A stretch of DNA of 64,000 nt, from positions 248,001-312,000 of the IMG/VR virus record IMGVR_UViG_3300032116_000004; one strand, written 5' to 3'. Of the stretch, positions 51,613 to 59,075 are shown piece by piece. The first letter of the stretch is position 1, and every line of letters begins with the position of its first letter. A program made the position numbers and the translations under genes. The notes under the pieces are model-generated. The model searched no databases. It saw nothing but the letters and a program-made list of their open reading frames with translations, and was not told where the DNA came from.

Positions 51613-53099
51613 TTATTTCCACCCTAGAGTTAGAACACCAACTAAAGTCAACCCACAACGTCAAAGTAATTCACGATCTTGGCAAGCTGTCAACCGGCCC
51701 CACGGAGTTGTTTAAGCTACTAGACAGTGTTTACCAAACTAGTTACGAGACAAACGATCGGTTGGTTTTTTACACTTCACATTTTATTCCTGAGAGTTTT
51801 CTACAGTTCTTTTACGAAACTATCAATTTTATAGATATCAGCAACTGGTTCATAATGATATGTGGGCCAAAAGAAATTGAGCACGACGTGTTGTCGTGTT
51901 GTAAAAAGTTTTCACTTGACTCTGTTCCAATTTGGTTCCACCCAGTTGAGTTAGACAAACAAACACACAAGATTGAAAACAACTTTAATTTACCCGATAC
52001 TATTTGTTCTATACCCTGGCACAACTTACAGATAACACAAAACGGAACTATTACTCCTTGTTGCATGAACAATCTTGATCTTGGTAACGTCAACCGTATC
52101 AAACTAGATCAAGCGTTCCATGACGAAAAACTACAAAAGTTAAGGGCTAGTTTATTGGCTGGAGAAAAACCAAAAGAGTGCGACAACTGCTGGAAAGTGG
52201 AAGAAAAAAATCTAACTTCTATTAGACTGCACAATGTCAAGCATTTAAAGAGAGAATTTTTAACCAAATATCTTGATCAACCAAGAGTAGCTACATTAGA
52301 TTTGAAGTTTAATAACACCTGTAATTTCAAATGCAGGATATGTAACGGTGGAAACAGCTCGTTGTTTGCCCTTGAAGATCAAAAGTTCCGCGGATCTAAG
52401 TTAGTTGTACAAGATGCTTGGGGGGAGAGTCAAGATTTTATTGATCAAGTTCTAACGTACTTGCCTGACATAAAAAATATTGACATGTTTGGCGGCGAGC
52501 CGTTTTTGATTAAACGTTTTAAATCGGTGTTGGAGATGGCAGTTGAAAAAGACTACGCCAAGGACATTAGATTACACTACAACAGCAACGGATCCATTTG
52601 GCCCAATCATTTGCTACCTGTTTGGCCTAGTTTTAAACTGGTAGACATACATTTTAGTATTGATGCTGTTGGTTCACATTTTGAACTACAAAGAGGCGGT
52701 CAGTGGTCTGAAGTTGAGGACAACATACTAAGGCTCAAAGATTTACAGTTACCCAACCTGTCTATTAGTATCATGCCCACTATCAGTGTCATGAGCGTTT
52801 ACTACATAGACCAAGTCTACGACTGGGCTTGCAAACATGGTTTTCCTATATTTGTTAACCATGTGCAAGGTGAAGGAATGGAGCTACAGGATCTTACAAA
52901 AGAAGCCAAAAAAATTATTATTGACAAGTTTCAAGATCACCCCTGGAATGAAATCCAAAATGTTATTAAGATAATACAAAATTTGCCTGACAGTGATGGC
53001 AAGAAGTTTCAATCTAAAATGCAATATTTTGATCAGGTTCGAAGTGAAAGTTTTTCAGCAAGTCACTCTGAGATTGCAAAAGCCATGAGATATATGTAA
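51609..53099 (+). CDS. Radical SAM protein with an extra N-terminal domain plus twitch-like domain
   Basis: CSIPW...PCC...CDNC, CNFKCRIC, GGEPF and YNSNG. Confidence 0.9.
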   Translation: MIISTLELEHQLKSTHNVKVIHDLGKLSTGPTELFKLLDSVYQTSYETNDRLVFYTSHFIPESFLQFFYETINFIDISNWFIMICGPKEIEHDVLSCCKKFSLDSVPIWFHPVELDKQTHKIENNFNLPDTICSIPWHNLQITQNGTITPCCMNNLDLGNVNRIKLDQAFHDEKLQKLRASLLAGEKPKECDNCWKVEEKNLTSIRLHNVKHLKREFLTKYLDQPRVATLDLKFNNTCNFKCRICNGGNSSLFALEDQKFRGSKLVVQDAWGESQDFIDQVLTYLPDIKNIDMFGGEPFLIKRFKSVLEMAVEKDYAKDIRLHYNSNGSIWPNHLLPVWPSFKLVDIHFSIDAVGSHFELQRGGQWSEVEDNILRLKDLQLPNLSISIMPTISVMSVYYIDQVYDWACKHGFPIFVNHVQGEGMELQDLTKEAKKIIIDKFQDHPWNEIQNVIKIIQNLPDSDGKKFQSKMQYFDQVRSESFSASHSEIAKAMRYM

Positions 53100-53108
53100 A
53101 ATATAAAA

Positions 53109-54872
53109 ATGATACAAATCAAAGACCTAACCGTTAAAAACTTTATGAGTGTGGGCAATGCCACACAAGCCATCAACTTTGATCGTCAAGACCTTACATT
53201 AGTTCTAGGTGAAAACTTAGATTTAGGCGGCGATGGCAGCCGTAACGGCACAGGTAAGACCACTATAATCAATGCACTGAGTTATGCGCTGTATGGTCAA
53301 GCTCTCACCAATATCCGACGCGACAATCTCATCAACAAAGCCAACAGCAAGAACATGTTGGTCAGTTTAGATTTCAACATCAATGGCCGCGACTACCGCA
53401 TCGAGCGTGGTCGCAAACCCAACATACTGAAATTCTACGTCAACAACGAAGAACAGGCAGCAGATGACAACTCGCAAGGCGACAGTCGAGAAACACAAGA
53501 TGCCATAGAGTCTGCCCTGGGCATGACTCACGACATGTTCCGACATGTGCTGGCGCTGAACACATACACAGAACCGTTTTTGAGCTTGAAGGCCAATGAT
53601 CAACGTGTGATCATAGAACAACTGTTGGGTATCACCCTTTTGAGTGAGCGTGCTGAGCGCATCAAAGAACTCAATAGAGAAACCAAAGATGCCATTGCTC
53701 AGGAAGAAATGCGTATCCGAGCTGTGCAAGAAGCCAACAAGCGTATAGAAGAACAGATCGAAAATCTGCGGCGTAGGCAAACAATGTGGAAGACCAAACA
53801 TGAGGAAGAGACAGATAAAATCCAAAAGGCCTTGGAAGAACTGCGAAAGATCGACATTGACGCAGAGATCCAAGCGCACAAGGACTACAAAATTTGGGAT
53901 CAGAAGCGCAAAGACATCAACGATCTTGCTGGACAAATATCCCGCACGAAACTTGATGTTGATCGCGAGACGAAAAACATTGGCAAACTTAGCAAAGAGA
54001 TTGCGACTCTTGAACAGCATACCTGTCATACATGCGGTCAAGCCTTCCACGACTCAAAGCACCAACAGGTACTGGCAAGCAAGCAGGAGGATTTGGCAAC
54101 AGCAAGAACGTCTTGCCAGGAGCATACACAAACGCTATCAGAAATGGAGGCTGCCCACACCTCCTTGGGCCAGTTAGGAAAACCTCCCAAGATGTTCTAT
54201 GATGCGGAAGAAGATGCCATACAACATCGTGCCAACGTAGACAACCTACAACAACAACTGGACATCAAGGCACAAGAAACAGATCCCTACGGTGAACAGA
54301 TCGAAGAGATGACAGGACAGGCCCTGCAAACAGTGACCTATGACACTCTCAACGAACTCACCCGCTTGCAAGAGCATCAAGACTTCCTGTTAAAACTCTT
54401 GACCAACAAAGACTCATTCATCCGCAAAAAGATTATTGAGCAGAATTTGAGTTATTTGAATGCTCGGTTGACATACTATCTTGATCGCATCGGCTTGCCA
54501 CATTCGGTAATATTCCAAAACGATCTCACTGTGGAAATACAAGAATTGGGACGAGATCTAGACTTTGACAATTTAAGTCGCGGAGAGCGCAATAGACTGA
54601 TCTTGTCAATGTCATGGGCCTTCCGTGATGTATGGGAATCATTGTATCATCCCATCAACGTGCTGTTCATCGACGAACTGGTAGATTCAGGCATGGACAC
54701 ACAGGGTGTGGAAAATTCGTTGGCCTTGCTGAAGAAGATGAGTCGTGAACGGCACAAGTCAATATGGTTAGTATCGCACAGAGACGAACTGGCTGGACGT
54801 GTTGAAAACATCCTGCGTGTGGTCAAAGAAAACGGCTTTACGTCATACAACACCGACATTGACATAGCATGA
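53109..54872 (+). CDS. gp46: Recombination ATPase, Rad50/SbcC-like (T4 gp46)
   Basis: Walker A NGTGKTT, coiled coil with CHTC zinc hook, LSRGE signature, Walker B LFIDE and VSH. Confidence 0.93.
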   Translation: MIQIKDLTVKNFMSVGNATQAINFDRQDLTLVLGENLDLGGDGSRNGTGKTTIINALSYALYGQALTNIRRDNLINKANSKNMLVSLDFNINGRDYRIERGRKPNILKFYVNNEEQAADDNSQGDSRETQDAIESALGMTHDMFRHVLALNTYTEPFLSLKANDQRVIIEQLLGITLLSERAERIKELNRETKDAIAQEEMRIRAVQEANKRIEEQIENLRRRQTMWKTKHEEETDKIQKALEELRKIDIDAEIQAHKDYKIWDQKRKDINDLAGQISRTKLDVDRETKNIGKLSKEIATLEQHTCHTCGQAFHDSKHQQVLASKQEDLATARTSCQEHTQTLSEMEAAHTSLGQLGKPPKMFYDAEEDAIQHRANVDNLQQQLDIKAQETDPYGEQIEEMTGQALQTVTYDTLNELTRLQEHQDFLLKLLTNKDSFIRKKIIEQNLSYLNARLTYYLDRIGLPHSVIFQNDLTVEIQELGRDLDFDNLSRGERNRLILSMSWAFRDVWESLYHPINVLFIDELVDSGMDTQGVENSLALLKKMSRERHKSIWLVSHRDELAGRVENILRVVKENGFTSYNTDIDIA

Positions 54873-55492
54873 CATCCCGGATCATACGAGTCACACCTAC
54901 CGAACAATACTTCAGCATCAATTGGCAATTGGCTGTGCGTTGCAACTATGATTGCATGTATTGTTCTCCCATGTGGCATGATGATCATAGCCAGCATCAT
55001 GATCTTGACACTATGAAACAGGCTTGGTTAAACATATTTGAAAAGACCAGCAAACAAAATCTACCCTATAAGATCGCATTTACCGGTGGAGAACTCACTT
55101 CAAACAAACACTTTCTACCGTTTGTCACTTGGTTGCGGAAGGAATATGATCAGCACATATTCAAATTGCTGGCTACCACCAATGGCAGCGCCAATCTCAA
55201 GTATTATCAGAAAATGTTCCAAGCGTTAGACAACATCGCATTCAGTGTGCATTCGGAACACATCAATGAAGAGAAATTTTTTGACATGATCATACAACTT
55301 AAGAAAAGTATCTCACCTGATAAATTCTTGCAGGTCGCTATCATGGATGAATACTGGAATCAAGATCGTATTCCGTTGTATATCAATCTGCTAGAACATC
55401 ACGACATCAGCTACACTGTGAACAAGATAGATTATTCCTATCAGACTCGCACCGTGCCCATATTCAAAGGAAAATTGAATCTTGGAATTTGA
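54869..55492 (+). CDS. Short radical SAM core protein (207 aa)
   Basis: CNYDCMYC, FTGGE, TTNGS and FSVHSE. Confidence 0.85.
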   Translation: MTSRIIRVTPTEQYFSINWQLAVRCNYDCMYCSPMWHDDHSQHHDLDTMKQAWLNIFEKTSKQNLPYKIAFTGGELTSNKHFLPFVTWLRKEYDQHIFKLLATTNGSANLKYYQKMFQALDNIAFSVHSEHINEEKFFDMIIQLKKSISPDKFLQVAIMDEYWNQDRIPLYINLLEHHDISYTVNKIDYSYQTRTVPIFKGKLNLGI

Positions 55493-55802
55493 AAATCATC
55501 AATACTATAACTGTGAAATAGAACTGTCAGATGGGAGATCGTTCAAGGTCAGTGCCAACTGGATGCACAATAACGATTTAGATCATTGGTCAGGATGGAG
55601 TTGCGATGCAGGTTATCGTCGATTGGATATAGACAAGGATTTCAACGTCTACAGCGCAGTTTGTCAAAACGATCGCTTGGGCAATCTTTTCAAAGAATGG
55701 AGCCCGTTTGATGCTCCCGGAATCTGTCGACGGAATCGATGCACAGGTTGTACCGACGATCTTTTGATTGGAAAACGTGATATTTCTATATCTGAGAAAT
55801 AA
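55482..55802 (+). CDS. Cys-rich twitch/SPASM-like Fe-S domain protein
   Basis: WSCDAG...AVC...GNL...CRRNRCTGCTDD; TTG start overlapping the upstream gene. Confidence 0.6.
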   Translation: MEFENHQYYNCEIELSDGRSFKVSANWMHNNDLDHWSGWSCDAGYRRLDIDKDFNVYSAVCQNDRLGNLFKEWSPFDAPGICRRNRCTGCTDDLLIGKRDISISEK

Positions 55803-55819
55803 TTGATAATTATGTGCTC

Positions 55820-56260
55820 ATGTCATGGCTTTTCGAATCCCGAGAAATCACAGAGTTACCCGAAACGTGTGTCGGGTTTGTTTATTTGATCACCAATAAA
55901 CTTACCGGCCGGCAGTATATTGGCAAAAAATTAGCAAAGTTCAAGAAAACAACATATCGAGTAGTCAAACTCAAAAATGGCAAAAAGAAACGCAAAAAAA
56001 TCAGAGGCGCGATAGATTCAGATTGGCAGACATATTATGGCAGTTCTCCGGAGTTATCTCGAGATGTTGAACTGCTAGGCACCGAAAACTTCTCACGTGA
56101 AATACTGTATTACTGCCAATCCAAATCGGAATGCAGTTACATAGAGGCTCGCGAACAATTCTCCCGACGTGTATTAGAAAGTGATGACTATTACAACGGA
56201 CACATACAGGTCCGTGTGCATGGCAGTCACATCAAAGGCAAACTAAGCAGTCAAGGCTAG
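55820..56260 (+). CDS. GIY-YIG endonuclease (Seg/DenA-like, single domain)
   Basis: GFVYLITN...YIGKK (GIY-YIG variant), YYGSS, REIL, E...YYN; Lys/Arg-rich insertion KKTTYRVVKLKNGKKKRKKIR. Confidence 0.88.
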   Translation: MSWLFESREITELPETCVGFVYLITNKLTGRQYIGKKLAKFKKTTYRVVKLKNGKKKRKKIRGAIDSDWQTYYGSSPELSRDVELLGTENFSREILYYCQSKSECSYIEAREQFSRRVLESDDYYNGHIQVRVHGSHIKGKLSSQG

Positions 56261-56610
56261 CACAGGCCAATGTCGTGTGCCCTAGACCTGGATCCAGGAT
56301 CACAGGGATGGAAGACTCACCGCGCTAGTGAGCACTCAATCAGTATCCTTGACAGGACCACGATCGCAAACACCTGCGGTTTGATTGTTTGAATAGAATA
56401 TAAAGGGAAAAAGACGTGCTAGTGATAGCACACGTCAGCATGATATGATAGCGTATGTCGTGTTGGCCGCCGTTGTAATAAAGACGGAGCTCGAGGTATC
56501 GGACAACCGCCTCTGTAATGCTCTAACGCTGTGTGACTGAGTCGACTCGGATGATGACACCTCTTTGCCCTGGGCGGGCAAAGTGTGACCAAACAATCTG
56601 GATGATAACT
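56257..56610 (+). ncRNA. Candidate large structured non-coding RNA
   Basis: ORF-free interval with at least 8 hairpins, a GUGA (GNRA) tetraloop, GU-rich stems favouring the + strand, a perfect 9-bp long-range helix (56383-91/56590-98) and a 7-bp loop pairing (56448-54/56526-32). Confidence 0.7.
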
Positions 56611-56683
56611 GTTATCTCGCTTCGCTCGATTATGTAATCAATTCATGAGCGACAGCGAATGAATAGACTTGCGTAGCAAGTCT
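56604..56683. repeat. Cluster of short palindromes/REP-like inverted element between convergent transcripts
   Basis: GATAAC-T-GTTATC; TCGCTTCGCTC pairs with GAGCGACAGCGA around GATTA-TG-TAATC; AGACTTGC-GTA-GCAAGTCT. Confidence 0.6.
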
Positions 56684-56693
56684 CAATTGGATG

Positions 56694-57029
56694 TTAGAAC
56701 TGATCAGGCCAATCACGGAACAGTGCGTGCTGGATGTTGCCCGAAACAAACTGATTGAAACTTTTGTGTTTTTCTTCGAGTTCGCCTTCCAATGGCGCCA
56801 CACGACGAAATGCTGAGTCCATCTGTGCCATGTCTTTAAACTCCATGATGATCATCCATTCGGGCATGTCTGCGATTGAACGGAATCCCATCTTGCAACG
56901 GGTTATCCTATAACTCATCATCTTGCCCTCAGACATCAGGTGCTCAAAAAAACTTCGCATTCCTGTGACCCAATCAAGGTCTGAGATATCACCTTCTTTG
57001 TCTGCCCATATCGTGTATAAGTCGCTCAT
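56694..57029 (-). CDS. Small alpha/beta-barrel-like protein (DUF6614-like)
   Basis: YTIWAD...YRITRCKMGF...EWMIIMEF...QMDSAF...HALFRDWPD; family recognised from memory. Confidence 0.5.
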   Translation of the reverse strand: MSDLYTIWADKEGDISDLDWVTGMRSFFEHLMSEGKMMSYRITRCKMGFRSIADMPEWMIIMEFKDMAQMDSAFRRVAPLEGELEEKHKSFNQFVSGNIQHALFRDWPDQF

Positions 57030-57466
57030 GTCATTGGTCCTAGTATTTCAAATCCTTCTATCTCTTTTTTGTAAAGATGTGCCTGCTCGAGATAGAGATA
57101 ATCAAAGCCCCTTGCTTTGTATATGGCACATTCTGTTTTCATGGTTTCAATGCCCAATCTTGATTGCGGATCATGATATGTCCATGCAAATTGATCACAG
57201 AGAGCATTTTTGTCGTCATACCTTCGTATGAGACTGAATGCTACCATGCGTTCTTGATCAAAATATCCAATGACGTCAGTCATTGGATCGGTATATCGGC
57301 TTCGAAACATGGGTATCACACTACTGAAATGCTTATAGATACAGTAAGTTCTATAGATATTGTCAAGTTCCACCATTTGCTGTTCGGTAGGTATGAGATA
57401 TCCCCACTGGGCTGATGCTTGATAATTGGTTTTTGCTAGATTGATACGGGCAAATTGATAGGTCAT
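57026..57466 (-). CDS. GNAT-fold protein resembling the C-terminal domain of arginyl/aminoacyl-tRNA-protein transferases (ATE/Bpt)
   Basis: ERMVAFSLI...AWTYHDPQSRLGIETMKTECAIYKARGFDYLYL parallels the ATE_C pattern xLVAV...Y.P...SLG.......A...G..YLYLG. Confidence 0.5.
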   Translation of the reverse strand: MTYQFARINLAKTNYQASAQWGYLIPTEQQMVELDNIYRTYCIYKHFSSVIPMFRSRYTDPMTDVIGYFDQERMVAFSLIRRYDDKNALCDQFAWTYHDPQSRLGIETMKTECAIYKARGFDYLYLEQAHLYKKEIEGFEILGPMT

Positions 57467-57966
57467 TGTCTTGGGTCCTTTCTATGTTGGAACAGATCTT
57501 TTAGGTATTCTTCTGGCCAAGTGTGGTAGAAGCCTTTCGTGGCCATGGACCGGGCCTTGCTGTCAAGATCACTCACACTCTGGCACAGTGCCAGGGCATA
57601 GGTTCCTTGGTTCATGCACACACCATTTACCCATTCAAGATCTGCAGGATGATCTTCTAGCGCAATGATATCTTGAGGCAAGAGAAATCCAACATTCACA
57701 GAATGAAGATCGCGGGCAAATTGTTCTCTGGGCCATTGCGCGGGATCATATGCATAGATGATGACTTCTTTGTTGCCCAATCCTGTGGTTGCTAGATCCA
57801 TGAGATCGGTGTAAACATCAACACCTATGCGTATTTCGTAACTGCGATCCAAGCGTGCTCGGCGTGCATAAGGGCAAGGTGGCCATCCGCCCAGCGCAGG
57901 ATTAGGGACTTCAACAAAGGTTTCTATCCATCGTTCGATATCTTGTTTTACTTGCTCTAGTTGCAT
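57463..57966 (-). CDS. DUF1415-like protein
   Basis: IERWIETFV...PPCPYAR...ALEDHP...YALALCQ. Confidence 0.45.
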   Translation of the reverse strand: MQLEQVKQDIERWIETFVEVPNPALGGWPPCPYARRARLDRSYEIRIGVDVYTDLMDLATTGLGNKEVIIYAYDPAQWPREQFARDLHSVNVGFLLPQDIIALEDHPADLEWVNGVCMNQGTYALALCQSVSDLDSKARSMATKGFYHTWPEEYLKDLFQHRKDPRQ

Positions 57967-58202
57967 TAGAAGAATGCCATTCCGGTTTTTTTAGTGGTCT
58001 CGAGATTTTCTTTGATCAATGCACCCACAGATTCTCGCTCACCAAAACTGAGATTGAGTGCTTCTTCATAGGTCAGGCCTCCTCGCATATACCAACACAT
58101 CTTGAATATGTCGTCTTTGATTGCTTTGACTTCACGATCATATCCTTCTACTATTTTGGTGATGCGCTCAGGACTCGAGGTCAGGAGGCGGATACGAAAA
58201 AA
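57966..58202 (-). CDS. -1 frame extension (gp51/GT-like segment) of the tail assembly chaperone
   Basis: The -1 frame is open from the slippery site: RIRLLTSSPERITKIVEGYDREVKAIKDDIFKMCWYMRGGLTYEEALNLSFGERE...MAFF. Confidence 0.6.
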   Translation of the reverse strand, partial: FFRIRLLTSSPERITKIVEGYDREVKAIKDDIFKMCWYMRGGLTYEEALNLSFGERESVGALIKENLETTKKTGMAFF

Positions 58203-59029
58203 TTTGAGACATCCAGGGTGAATGGTGTTTCGTATTCTTTCTGGCATTCTGGCCCGTTGCATTTGAGTCTCAAGGGTTTGAGTTCGCTGTGCTCACGCAG
58301 TTGTGTGGCATGATCACGTATGGAGTTGAAGATCTCTCTGTCGCAGTTTTGAACAAACTCTTCTATGTGTTCGGGTTCCACCACTATTTCACCATCGGCA
58401 CGGATCATGGAGATCACACCGCTCAGGGCAGACATAGTCATGACCGTGAGTTTCTGGAAGGCCTGTGTGAGCAAGCGTATCTTTTCTTCTTCGGGCAGAT
58501 CGGAATTTGGTAGGCTGTCCAGGATTTTCTGATCCTGGAACTGCTTCATGGAATTGGCGTTGGCCTGTTCATAACTCAGCGGCCGGAAAAATATCTCTAC
58601 GTCGCCGTGTTTGATAGATTCGCTGTAGTCACCGGCTTTGATGTTGTCCAAGACTTGTCGGAGATCTAGGCCAAATGAGTTCTCGTTGTTGCAGTGCGGG
58701 CAGTTGCTTTCAAAATCCATTTCGTGTCCATAACTGGCGATACGGATAGCGATCAACAGTGTGTCAAGATCCATCTGCGGAACATGCCATGCGTTCTTGA
58801 TGGCAGGAATGCAACTCTGGATCACATTGACCAATGCTGATCCATTGAACAATGCATCTGCTGTGCGATAAGTTATTTCATCGATGGCAGTCATGGGATA
58901 CACTGGCAGCTCTCGATTTGGGGGCAGTTCGAGCGAACCTTGAGGGTAGTAGTTTCCATCCGACGGCAGGCGGATGTAAATGGCCGGCTGACGGAAAAAT
59001 TTGCGTAACGGATTAGAGGTTTCTGGCAT
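58181..59029 (-). CDS. gp26: Baseplate hub/tail assembly chaperone (T4 gp26-like), 282 aa
   Basis: NPLRKFFRQPAIYIRLPSDG...VYPMTAIDEI...DLDTLLIAIRIASYG...CPHC...C(x4)C. Real start is ATG 59029. Confidence 0.8.
   Translation of the reverse strand: MPETSNPLRKFFRQPAIYIRLPSDGNYYPQGSLELPPNRELPVYPMTAIDEITYRTADALFNGSALVNVIQSCIPAIKNAWHVPQMDLDTLLIAIRIASYGHEMDFESNCPHCNNENSFGLDLRQVLDNIKAGDYSESIKHGDVEIFFRPLSYEQANANSMKQFQDQKILDSLPNSDLPEEEKIRLLTQAFQKLTVMTMSALSGVISMIRADGEIVVEPEHIEEFVQNCDREIFNSIRDHATQLREHSELKPLRLKCNGPECQKEYETPFTLDVSNFFVSAS
58196..58202 (-). other. -1 ribosomal frameshift slippery heptamer U_UUU_UUC
   Basis: AAT TTT TTC is in phase (X XXY YYZ) five codons before the gp26-like stop. Confidence 0.6.
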
Positions 59030-59041
59030 ATTTGGGCACCA

Positions 59042-59063
59042 TAAATAATTGATACAATACTTA
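59042..59063. promoter_or_regulatory. Divergent late promoters: TAAATA (+, 59042-47) and TAAGTA (-, 59058-63)
   Basis: Both lie in the 46-bp gap between the divergent gp26-like and tape-measure-like genes. Confidence 0.5.
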
Positions 59064-59075
59064 TCGGCGTAGATA

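Noticed and set aside
55820-56260. GIY-YIG gene as a mobile intron-encoded homing endonuclease
   Set aside because: It is a short single-domain protein with no C-terminal DNA-binding repeats and no host gene interrupted; free-standing status is more consistent.
56257-56610. Group I or group II intron, hammerhead or HDV-like ribozyme, or tRNA/tmRNA reading of the structured region
   Set aside because: No P7 (R/S) elements, no domain V (AGC...GAAA...AC) hairpin, no CUGAUGA/GAAA core and no cloverleaf or CCA end were found, and no interrupted gene flanks it.
56537-56610. Box C/D-like or TIGR-like array (CTGA, ATGATGA, repeated GGATGAT)
   Set aside because: There are only two loose copies with no regular period or spacer structure.
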